Of a stretch of 64,000 nucleotides of DNA, positions 1 through 11,200 are shown piece after piece. Numbering within the stretch: the first letter of the stretch is position 1; every line of letters starts with the position of its first letter. The position numbers and the translations under genes were made by a program. Source of the DNA: Magallana gigas (lineage: Eukaryota); NCBI RefSeq assembly GCF_963853765.1, contig NC_088857.1, positions 38,626,001 to 38,690,000 on the forward strand. The letters run 5' to 3'. The notes beneath the pieces were generated by a model. The model made no database searches. It saw nothing but the letters and a program-made list of their open reading frames with translations, and was not told the DNA's origin.

Positions 1-470
1 ACAGATCATGCACTGCAAATTAATTAAAACATTCTGAATTATTCAAGTCACCACTCCATGTCGCCTTCGTTGATTTTGAGAAAGCATTTGACAGCCTTGT
101 CAGAGAAACGCTTTGCAATATAATGAACTGAAGCACTGTGGCATTCCAGACAAATTCATAAACATCATCAGAAATACTTTCACTGATCGCGTTTTACACA
201 AAGAACAACCTACAGAAAGCTTCGACATTGCCACAGGGATAAGACAAGGATACGTTCTTTCACTTTTGCTGTTCCTCTTAGCATTTGCTTTGATCACATC
301 AAGCCACCCTCAGTAGGTACGACGGAATCTAGTGAATCCTATATCTCACAGCTCAGCTTGATGACCTGGCTTTCACAGATGACATTGCCGTACACATCAG
401 ACAGCTATCAATAGAGACAGAAATTGATGCAGAAAAAATTGCTGAAGTAGACAGACTTTAGCTAGTACAA
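1..470 (+). pseudogene. Degenerate RTE-type LINE reverse-transcriptase fragment
   Basis: RT motifs in shifted frames: FVDFEKAFDSL (from 66), KHCGIPDKFINII and TGIRQGYVLSLLLFLL (ORF 113-316), LDDLAFTDDIA (~357-390, a decayed FADD motif). Frameshifts and stops are present; boundaries are approximate. Confidence 0.85.
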
Positions 471-667
471 GACAGAACGAGGTGAAGGGATATTGTCAGT
501 GACCTAACTTTGCAAAGTCCAAGTTTTGGTTAATAATCAGTTAAAGACATTACGTCCGCCATGTTGCCATCTTTTGTACGCTGTCGTCTGAAGAAATTTA
601 AACGGCATTCACGTGACGCGTCTTATCCAATGACATAACGTCTTCCAATGACTAGTCAAAGGGGAAA

Positions 668-954
668 GGCCACACCAATATAATTTCTTGTTCATCGGAC
701 ATTCAATGAAAAAATTACGAGCGGGCGAGCGATGATATAATAAAATTATTATTGTTTGTAGCCAACATTGTTATGGCGGTACATCAATGAATTTATCGGA
801 CGGTTATATCTTTTCTACTTGTTTCTAATTTATAAATTAAAACTATTTAAAATACGAAAAATAGAGCGGAAATAGAACAGAAAATGGCACAGAATTTCCT
901 GGATGCAGGAAATTAATAATGATATTATTTGTATAGTTTTATTTTGGTGTGGCC
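668..954. mobile_element. Short TIR element (MITE), possibly PIF/Harbinger-like
   Basis: GGCCACACCAA at 668-678 and its reverse complement TTGGTGTGGCC at 944-954, extendable to ~16 bp with one mismatch. No clean TSD; superfamily is a guess. Confidence 0.55.
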
Positions 955-3292
955 AAGCGTGAAATATATATAACCATGCCTTACAAATTTCATTGATTCG
1001 TAGTTAAATCATAAAGACACTTGAATTAAAAATGTGACGAAATCAAAATATCTGAAACAGCCTCAGAGTAGTGAATATGAACTTTATCCATCGTCTTTGT
1101 TTTGAAGTTTGCAATGATTTTGACAACACTCTCTGTCTTCTGTTGGTTAATTTAAAAAATTGCGGACTTTTTTTTTTATATGTTTCGATCAGATGAAGGT
1201 GAACGCGAGTAGATTATTGAGTGTCGAAGAGACCCTTTCGAAACATGCATTTATGTCAATATCAAAATGCAATGGTATATACATCTCTTTGGAACCTTGT
1301 GGATTACTCTTGTAAAGAGATGTGCCATTTGTGGTTTTTATCCCCAACATAAAATCTACTATGCAGAAGTTCAAAAGTAGGAAGTTACTGATGAAAAATT
1401 AAAAGAAAGATGGGTTGTCCTACTTTGATCGCTTTAATGAGAGTTATCTTTCTTTTTATTCATTGGCCTTAGAATACAATTCACAAATAGGACAGGAGTG
1501 TTTGATAACAAGGGTATACTTATTAAATATAATCATATCTTTTAAAAAAACCACAATTCCAAGTTTTAGGAAAGATGTCTATGTAAAGAGTGTTAACTTT
1601 GATAAACCTTTATTAATTCAAATATAAAATAGACGTAAGATACTTGTATCAACGTTTAAAATGTTTAAAATAACACCATTAACTATTTGTAGCCCCAGTT
1701 TTTAGTTTATACCATACATTATTAAATTACATGCATATTATATAATCTAAAATAATAACAGAATTCGTCGCGATGGAGTTAGTGAAACCTGTATTCGATA
1801 AGACTTTACTAAACGATAAAAAAGTTCCGTACATTTTACATTGATAGGAATAGCTTTTAATAAATGTCGCTATTGATTTTTCGCAGTCAGAGTGACTTTA
1901 TCCATGAAGGGAATCTTGTATATATGCATAGCAAAGCCTGTAATTGACAACTCCACGGCCATACTCTGGCGAGAATAAACTGTATACATGCTTTTATTCA
2001 TGATTATAAAGTCGTTATTTTTGTCCCTGGGGTGTGACAACTCTCCGTGCTGTCTGCGGATTTATCGTTGATGATAAGAAAACTTTGCAACAACTGCATG
2101 CACGTTTTTGTTGTCAATTGATCGACTGTCTAAAACATCTAATTTTAGTCCCGATAAGTCTTTGAAGATCACAAAAAATCCTATGCAATAAAGAAATTAT
2201 ATTTCGTTTCATCAGCTATACTGTTACATGAATAGGACAACGTGATTGTGTGTGAATACAATATATAAATTATATAGATAAATCAAGGAGATCCTTAGTG
2301 GATGTAACAATACATATAAAAACTCAAAATCGGTAAATTAAAACACAAAGGATGAGTAAAATATCAGAGTTTTCATTTTCCTCTGATGTTTTACAAAACA
2401 AACAGGGTAACGTGACCTGGTAACTGTTTTGATGCACATTTCCGCACCAAATGGTGAATGCATTTTTTTAAAATAAAAATTATCAATATAATGATTACAT
2501 ATATATGAATAACATTATTTATAGTTTGTCACAACATTGTATTTGATTGATCTTTTTGCTTAGTGTGAAATCCAAATAGTGAATGCATTGTCAATTGATT
2601 ACAGTTATGTATAACTACGTGTATATGAATAACACATTAATTGTATTCAACGATTATAATACGATAGTTTTATATCGTGAAATTTTCAGTGTGAAATTTA
2701 AACATTGATCTCCGACTTAGTATGTATTCCTTTCCCCAAGAATTCCGCGTTATCTTTTTAACCTCAGTTACAATCGAGTTTGGATATTTGGTAGAAACTT
2801 TATTCTATAGATAAAGAGGCACACATAATAATGTCGGTTGATGTTGAGTTATAGAATGTACTATATGCTACTCCAGTAATACTTTGAAGTGTTGACAAAT
2901 AGCACAATCTCTATCATGTTGTATTGTCTCCCAAGTTTTTATTTTAAAAAAAATTAGATTTCTTATTGATTTTAAATATCACGAACATAATGCACTTTTG
3001 ATTAACGTTTACTATTTATTTTCAATTTCAGCTCGCAGTGATAACAGTTTACAATCGGAGAGCTGAAATGTCACCGTTAAGGAGGCTAGGTGTCAACAAA
3101 TTAACCATCAGATCTACCTATAGTTTTAAGATGTGATTTGATTATGTATAAACTATTATTTAGTAAAGAAAAGATGCATGTATTTCACTTTATGAGTTTT
3201 GGAGTTTGCCTATATTTTTTTTTATATAGAACTCTCCTTCTAAAGGAGATCAATACAGTCTAAAAATGGCCACGACCATCAAGCCCTCTGAA

Positions 3293-3808
3293 AGGGACTT
3301 GGACACGATTTTAGATCAAAATTTTCTTCTTCTTTTTTATGTATAAAATGGTTTATTTGCTCATTTCGAATGATTGACCAAAATTTGAATTTTAAAAGTC
3401 AACTTATAAGAGAGATACAGACGAAAGAAATCATTATTATGTAAACAAAGCTCGAGTCTTATATTTCTTGAAAAATAATGTAAAGTATGGAATTACCATT
3501 TTTTTAGCAAATGGCTCATGGCAAACAAGGTAAACTGATTCAATGTGTTCATAGATAATATGATAAACAAAAAAAAGCAACATTTGATTGAGTCTTATAC
3601 CAATAAAACACATAATTATGTAAACCATAACAAAGCTCGGGCTTTGTTTACAAAACAAAGATTTTCAAGCTCTGTATCTTGCTTATAACTCAATGTTTGG
3701 CTTTCAAAATTTGACAAAGCATTAAACGTACCCATATTAACCATTCTAAACATTAAAATTGGAAAAATAAAATCTTAAATTTTGAGCTCAAATCGTGACC
3801 AAGTCCCT
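3293..3808 (+). mobile_element. Kolobok-like non-autonomous DNA transposon, family A copy 1
   Basis: TIRs AGGGACTTGGACACGATTT / AAATCGTGACCAAGTCCCT; right flank TTAA, left flank TGAA. Interior is similar to the copies at 19680 and 48008. Confidence 0.8.
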
Positions 3809-4830
3809 TTAAGTGTCGATAAAAGCATAGGCATACAAAACGACATAGCTCTCAGCTAAGAGTTAAAAAAAAAAACCCATATCAAAGAAAATATTTTTAA
3901 ACTGAAGCCTGCTTCCGACATTTATTTGGAATTCGTTGGGGAAAAAAACAACAATTTTATTGTTCTATATTGTTTTTGAATCTTTGAGAGGGGGAGGAAA
4001 GACACGGCAATCCAAAAAAAAAAAAAAGATTTAAAAAAATGAACTCGACATAGACGATAGTCTAATATTACCGCCCAAAGCATCCATCTTCATATAAATA
4101 ATCATTTGTTGATACAAACATTGTGACGGCAGTGGATCATGATCGTTTGTCTGCATGCATTACATAAAATAAACATGGTTGAAAGTAGTCGTTCCGTTAT
4201 ACATGTGTCTTTTACTTATTTAACAAATTTTAATTGTCAATGAGTCCATGATTAATGAATTAGTCATTAACTCACGTCTAGTGTTTGTTCATTTTATATG
4301 GCTTTGCGGAAACACCCCTCCCATATTCTTCCATTGAATCACAATGACTCGTATATTTAATTTTTGTTTTGCATGGTCAAAATATTTAGAATTTTTACAA
4401 GTACAAACTTGTACTTGTTTTATTTCATTCTTTTCCTTTTCATAATTCTTTCACGCATGAGTAATAGTGATAGGACCAATGCCTCGACTAACGTTACAGT
4501 GTAGAAGTCACCAACATTGCAGCCCCCACCCCTCATAAAACTGTTATTTTTCTGCTGCATTTTGTCATGTAAATCATCTCCCGATATTTATTGATTATTT
4601 ATTTTTTGCACGGGGTTTTCTTTCTCGAACTGAATCATACATATTTACGTGACTTAATAGGGCACTATATATGTCGTGCAATTCATCATACGCATATTAT
4701 CTTCAAGTAAAGTCTATATGGGTAAGTTTTCTTTATGGTATAAGGGGTATGCATTTGTACTCTATGCTTGAAATGTATTATGAATCTTTCTACTTGTAAC
4801 AATGGAATTTAAAAAAAGTCTAGAGAAAAA

Positions 4831-5579
4831 TGTGACCGCGTAGTTTTTACGGTGCTAGAGAATTCTTCTGGGTCTGCATCGGTCGTGTGCAGTACGAACC
4901 GGGTGAGGGAATGTTGGCGTAAAGGGTATAAGGTATAAGGTTGAGGCACGCTGTGGGCCGTAAGGTAAAAACGAAGGGGGGTAGGTTTGCCGTATTCCCG
5001 AAGGTCCACCAGTATACAGTTCCAGAGAAATAAACCAAGTGATGAAGGATTCCGTATTTATTGGACGAGATTCAACGATGGCAACATTAAAACATTTTAA
5101 CAGACAGACATTGTACAAACAAGTCGGATATGGCCAGTAGTGGCCTCCGGACTCAAGACTCTGGGTGAGTCGGACGTGGCCGAGGCTGGCCGCCGTATTC
5201 CAGACTGCCGATTGACAATTGTACATAATTATTTATAAGAATCTGAACAATAAGTATAAATTGACAGGTGATGACATAAGTAAGCTGAGTGAAAGGTTCA
5301 CAGATATAAAATAATTAAATAAACTCAATGAGTCTTTGATGTCCAAGACATGTAAAGCTGATAATTGCACATTGTTGTTTTAAGAGATTAACAGTCCTTG
5401 AGACGTGGCACTCTGTCTCTTTGAAATCACATATAGAGTCCGAAAAGTGTCAATCACAAAATAAACTTGTAACTTAGTAAGAAATAAATTGTGAGAAAAT
5501 ATTACGAAACAGATGTTGAATTTTTAAAGTAAAGTCCAAAATAAAGTTATAATTAAACAGTGAATTTTGCACGGTGATA
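4831..5579 (-). repeat. LTR copy A (3' LTR on minus strand), 749 bp
   Basis: Minus-strand ends TATCACCG...CGGTCACA, TATAAA at 5232-5237 and AATAAA at 5057-5062. Line-by-line identical to copy B at offset 1080. Confidence 0.9.
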
Positions 5580-5618
5580 GTTTCCCACCGCTCCGGGGAA
5601 AACACGTCCTCGTGTTTT
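5580..5618 (-). promoter_or_regulatory. Candidate polypurine tract with upstream hairpin
   Basis: Minus strand reads AAAACACG-AGGA-CGTGTTTT (perfect 8-bp stem, 5599-5618), then GGAGCGGTGGGAAAC immediately before LTR A. Confidence 0.6.
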
Positions 5619-5890
5619 GAATGGAATATCACATTTCTCCTATGTTCTTTGATTTTCTTACACCGGTGACGGACGTTTGAGGACAGCTGAAGTTTCTACA
5701 GTTGACCGTTGTTTCCTGTTGATGAACAGAGAAAAATGTCTGCATAGTTCATGGCGGCTGGCACTTTTGTTGTCCATCGTTGTTACGTTGAGACTGAGTT
5801 GATGTTCAATGGGGGAAACTTGCTGGCTGAAGAGGTCCAGGATCTGACTACTGCAAAATATATGCAGCAGCCCCGGGCGTTGTTGTTACC

Positions 5891-5908
5891 CTTAGGATTC
5901 ATCCACCA
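5891..5908 (-). promoter_or_regulatory. Candidate primer-binding site
   Basis: TGGTGGATGAATCCTAAG begins 2 nt (AT) after the LTR end. Only TGGTGGA matches a typical tRNA-Ala 3' end, so the priming tRNA is unresolved. Confidence 0.55.
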
Positions 5909-5910
5909 AT

Positions 5911-6658
5911 TGTGACCGCGTAGTTTTTACGGTGCTAGAGAATTCTTCTGGGTCTGCATCGGTCGTGTGCAGTACGAACCGGGTGAGGGAATGTTGGCGT
6001 AAAGGGTATAAGGTATAAGGTTGAGGCACGCTGTGGGCCGTAAGGTAAAAACGAAGGGGGGTAGGTTTGCCGTATTCCCGAAGGTCCACCAGTATACAGT
6101 TCCAGAGAAATAAACCAAGTGATGAAGGATTCCGTATTTATTGGACGAGATTCAACGATGGCAACATTAAAACATTTTAACAGACAGACATTGTACAAAC
6201 AAGTCGGATATGGCCAGTAGTGGCCTCCGGACTCAAGACTCTGGGTGAGTCGGACGTGGCCGAGGCTGGCCGCCGTATTCCAGACTGCCGATTGACAATT
6301 GTACATAATTATTTATAAGAATCTGAACAATAAGTATAAATTGACAGGTGATGACATAAGTAAGCTGAGTGAAAGGTTCACAGATATAAAATAATTAAAT
6401 AAACTCAATGAGTCTTTGATGTCCAAGACATGTAAAGCTGATAATTGCACATTGTTGTTTTAAGAGATTAACAGTCCTTGAGACGTGGCACTCTGTCTCT
6501 TTGAAATCACATATAGAGTCCGAAAAGTGTCAATCACAAAATAAACTTGTAACTTAGTAAGAAATAAATTGTGAGAAAATATTACGAAACAGATGTTGAA
6601 TTTTTAAAGTAAAGTCCAAAATAAAGTTATAATTAAACAGTGAATTTTGCACGGTGAT
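5911..6658 (-). repeat. LTR copy B, 748 bp
   Basis: Identical to copy A except that the terminal base at the junction with copy C is missing. Confidence 0.9.
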
Positions 6659-7407
6659 TGTGACCGCGTAGTTTTTACGGTGCTAGAGAATTCTTCTGGG
6701 TCTGCATCGGTCGTGTGCAGTACGAACCGGGTGAGGGAATGTTGGCGTAAAGGGTATAAGGTATAAGGTTGAGGCACGCTGTGGGCCGTAAGGTAAAAAC
6801 GAAGGGGGGTAGGTTTGCCGTATTCCCGAAGGTCCACCAGTATACAGTTCCAGAGAAATAAACCAAGTGATGAAGGATTCCGTATTTATTGGACGAGATT
6901 CAACGATGGCAACATTAAAACATTTTAACAGACAGACATTGTACAAACAAGTCGGATATGGCCAGTAGTGGCCTCCGGACTCAAGACTCTGGGTGAGTCG
7001 GACGTGGCCGAGGCTGGCCGCCGTATTCCAGACTGCCGATTGACAATTGTACATAATTATTTATAAGAATCTGAACAATAAGTATAAATTGACAGGTGAT
7101 GACATAAGTAAGCTGAGTGAAAGGTTCACAGATATAAAATAATTAAATAAACTCAATGAGTCTTTGATGTCCAAGACATGTAAAGCTGATAATTGCACAT
7201 TGTTGTTTTAAGAGATTAACAGTCCTTGAGACGTGGCACTCTGTCTCTTTGAAATCACATATAGAGTCCGAAAAGTGTCAATCACAAAATAAACTTGTAA
7301 CTTAGTAAGAAATAAATTGTGAGAAAATATTACGAAACAGATGTTGAATTTTTAAAGTAAAGTCCAAAATAAAGTTATAATTAAACAGTGAATTTTGCAC
7401 GGTGATA
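6659..7407 (-). repeat. LTR copy C, 749 bp, directly abutting copy B
   Basis: Same sequence as A and B; the ORF-track translations inside the three copies are identical. Confidence 0.9.
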
Positions 7408-8271
7408 AAAAACTTAAAGATGCCAAAATGCACACTTTATGGAATATAGACGATTTTAACAAATCTATTTCAACTTAATCAAAACCTCACAAAATACAGG
7501 AGTTTTTGGAGTGTTCATAAGATACAATTATTTCATGCTAAATAGACCCCCCACAACCCCCATCCCCACCCCCTAAAATAAAAAAATAATTACCCCCCAC
7601 CCCCCCAAAAAAAATTAATTAAAAAAAGAATTAAAAACACCAAAACACACAAATCTGTGATGAAAACAAATTTCTGAAAATGGACTGAGTTAAATGAACG
7701 TCATAATCGCAGTCACTCTCATGACTAAGGATGCATTCGTGATTGTCCTAATTTGAGGAATGAAATCAATTGTATCTTCACTATAATTGACTCTTGGGAT
7801 AGATTTACCAACTTAAATATAGGCTGAATCTATAGAAAGCAGAAGGACTAGTATATTCTTCTTCCTAGTATTCATTTGTCCTTCGTTCACCCCTATTAGC
7901 CAAGCTAGCCCTTCATTACCGGCCAGAGCGTCTGTTTAAATGCTACACTGGTGCTCTTAAAATAGTTCCAGTATCGCCTATGTTTGATAAATCACTCGAA
8001 TTTAGCAGCTCGTTGCATACGATTCACATGCTTAATCCAAACTGAACCGTTCAGCAGTGCGTATATATATTAATATTTCAGAAATATAGGGCGTTCACGC
8101 TGCGCTTAACACAACAACACGGTATAAGCGTCGACTTCAGCGAAGCGCGACCGAACCAGCCATCGGCCAGAATCGACATTCTATACTGAGTGTGTCAGGT
8201 GTGAGACATCCTTGGAGTTTACTCTGTGAATTTATCGAAGATATCGGATTAGTAATTTAAAAGGAGGAAAA

Positions 8272-11200
8272 ATGGCTCTTGGAAGTTGTCACACATGCAT
8301 CAAATATTTGATGTTTGCCTTTAACTTTCTGTTTTGGGTAAGTGGTCTTTAATCTATTTGTAGTTTCGCTACTCCGACCCTGACGCGGTGTATGAGTGTG
8401 TGTGTTTATATCCCACCGCACATCATGCATATTCATATTCTTCGGGTTTCGTTTAGTTCTTGGGCAATGTGAGGCCTCGGTCAAACTATCGTAAAGACTT
8501 TAAAGAAGATGACAATAGGTGCGTTTTAAATGCACATAATAGGTCTTAACTAGTGATCAATGTGGAATTAAATAACCCGGTCCCGTATTCAGACAGGTTA
8601 AGTTGGGTATGACTATGGAAGAAGTTATCCTATAAAGCGGCGGCGAAATCAATGAAAGAAATGCGCCGATTCCACACTTTTTCGTCGAAAGGGAGCTTTT
8701 AAAGACGTTTCATCTAAAGAACGCATTTTGTAAATCGATGGACAACAAGGTTCCAAGAAAATTATAAACATCGAAATGAATGATCCTGCTATGTATTTGT
8801 GGCGTTGTCTTCCTTAATTATCTCAGGAATGGCATGCACTCGCCCCACAATGTAAATAAATACAACAGCATTGCAAGCTTGTAATATCAAGAGGGATATC
8901 GGTACCCATCGTTCAAAGCTTTCGACGAAACAAAAAGGAGCAATCACTGAGATCGCCACTTAGAAAGTTAACTTCGAGAGGATGTAAGGTACCCACAATG
9001 GGATAGGTGTGGGATGCTGCAAATCTTGATCTATAAATAGGTACCCGCCCCGGTAGAAGAGGAAGCACACTGGCGGTAGTATAGACCTGAGTTTGGCTAC
9101 AGGGATAAGAATTTGTGGCACGATGAATCCGTAAACTCTGATGGTTATCAGGTGATGATACGACCCCCGCAATAGGTCGCCGCGGGGATGCCTTCCCCCC
9201 GGATGTCGAACACCTCTACACCTCCGATAAACCAACATGCATGTTTGCTCGTTACGACATTGAATGACGGATAGGACATTTATTAGCTCCCAAACAACTA
9301 GCATTTCAACAACCTTGGAATGTATGTACTCGAGCGAGCCATATCAGCCGAGCAATGCATTTTTAGGAGGGATTAGATACACACACACATGTATATACAC
9401 CCCCCCCCCCCCACACACACACACTACATGTAAGGGGATCAAAAGATGAGATTATCTCTTAACAGAGTTTGTGGCTCCTGACAGTTTGTGCCGTGTTTCC
9501 CCCCACATTCTGATAAGTTTACATGGATAGTGAATCAGTTCACGGAATCCCTGTACATGCAGATATCGACCACACTATTTGTAAAGGGTAGTCGCCAATA
9601 AATTGTACACAGACTTTAATATGTAAAAGTTATGCCCAAAGCAACGTTATAAAATGCAATAATTGTGTGATAACGAGGATATATTTTGATTAAAATGTCC
9701 GCCTGAGAAGACATATATAACTAAATAAACACCGTCATATCTTTACAAACTGTGGTTTTTTATTTGTATTTTGTCCCACACGATACCTATGCTGGGTTTA
9801 GAACATTTCATTTTTTTTCTTCAAAATATATACTCAACATATACATGTACACGTACCTCTTTATGCAATACTAGTATCATTATGATTTTCTCAAAGTCTA
9901 CAGAATTAAAGGTTTTTCATTAGTGTACATCGATAGAGGGTCCTAAATGAGGGCGGGTTGATGGGTCCCGTCTCCTCGGGTCACAGCAGCCACAGGCTGG
10001 GATGTCATAACGAGACCGCTGCCATTATCGCTACATCTGGTCCCATTTAACGCACCATCACTCAGGAGCTAGGGGGTCATTAAGGTCCCGTTGACCAGGA
10101 GCAATGTTTGTACAAATTTCGCCGCCAAAAAAATTCTTCTTTCTATATGCGAGTTGCACTGACTCCACTGGTTGTAAAGTGTATAGTTTGTCATTATGGT
10201 CTCTTGTCATTAGTGAAAACCACAGAACTGCGAAAAGCATTTTAAGTGCGCAAGTTGTCAGCAAAGTTAAAGTCAGTGAATTGGACTTCATTTTACAATG
10301 AATGAACATTGGGGTCACATGGGAGAGAATTTGTAGAATTTTTCTTTTCACGAAACTGATCGTTTTTGCCTTATTTCCAAGGTTTTCTATTTCAGAAGAA
10401 AAATGAATATCGTTTGTACACAGCACAATGTAACAATGACCTTCAACTTTGTGTAAAGACGTTTTGATCAATTACAGAAAAACCCAAATTTGAATGACTT
10501 GGTTTTATTTTAAGAACATGAAAATGCATAGTAATTCTTATGCAAAACTAATTTATTCAGATTATGTTGCGTTCTAATGAATTTTTTTTTTACAAAGGGC
10601 TTGCAAGCTTAATTTCTTTCATGATATGAATAACTCCTGTGTTTTGTATGTCTAGTTTCTTTTTTTACCCTTTTCACTTATTATAAAAGCGACGGTCGGT
10701 ACTTTCATTCAGCCCCGTGTGTTTGTTAAACCTATAACTTGCCAGCAGGTACAACTGTGCGAAATAAAGCTAACTAGATGAAGTTACAAAGGTGTGACCC
10801 ACGGCCTTTTGTGTGCGGGCATTCAGCCGAGATTATCACCTTGTTGTTTTTCGTTTTCGCACTAAATTCCTCTTTGGTAAAGACCAACAAAAATCGAATT
10901 ATAATTATATATGCAGAAAAAGTTTCAGATTGTTATATTGCGAGCAATGGAGCGTTTATACTTGTATATTTCATTGGGGGCGGGGGGGGGGGGGGGGGGA
11001 TTGCAATTTTATGCTTTTATGTCATGGGTCCTTGATGAATAAGGAGTAACAAAACCTTACCGTTGACTAAAAATTTATTACGATGATTGCGGGGGCCGTG
11101 TTGTTATTTGTACACATGCCAAGTCAGAGAAAACAAATTACACTCTTGCTTTTCTTTTGATGAAGCCTTAGAAATGTACGTTTATCTCTGTCCCTAATTT

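Larger units (their letters stand above)
4831..7407 (-). mobile_element. Miniature non-autonomous LTR retrotransposon (TRIM/SMART-like, probably Gypsy-derived) with LTR-LTR-internal-LTR structure
   Basis: Three near-identical LTRs and a 331-bp non-coding interior (5580-5910). On the minus strand a PBS-like TGGTGG lies 2 nt after the LTR end and a purine-rich PPT precedes the 3' LTR. AAAAA flanks both ends (4826-4830, 7408-7412). Confidence 0.85.

Noticed and set aside
2880-2940. Minus-strand peptide WETIQHDRDCAICQHF, reminiscent of the W-H-C-C motif of RAG1/Chapaev N-termini
   Set aside because: Spacing differs, stops flank it, and no adjacent cysteine cluster or transposase core was found.
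4809-7054. Triplicated 63-123 aa ORFs on the minus strand
   Set aside because: They lie within the LTRs, show no recognisable domain, and repeat only because the LTR repeats.
8261-8267. AAGGAGG 4 nt upstream of the tetraspanin ATG, resembling a Shine-Dalgarno site
   Set aside because: The gene is spliced and eukaryotic; this is a purine-rich leader by chance.
8960-9304. 114-aa minus-strand ORF in a GC-richer patch of tetraspanin intron 1
   Set aside because: No recognisable motif, no convincing splice partners, and a non-ATG start.
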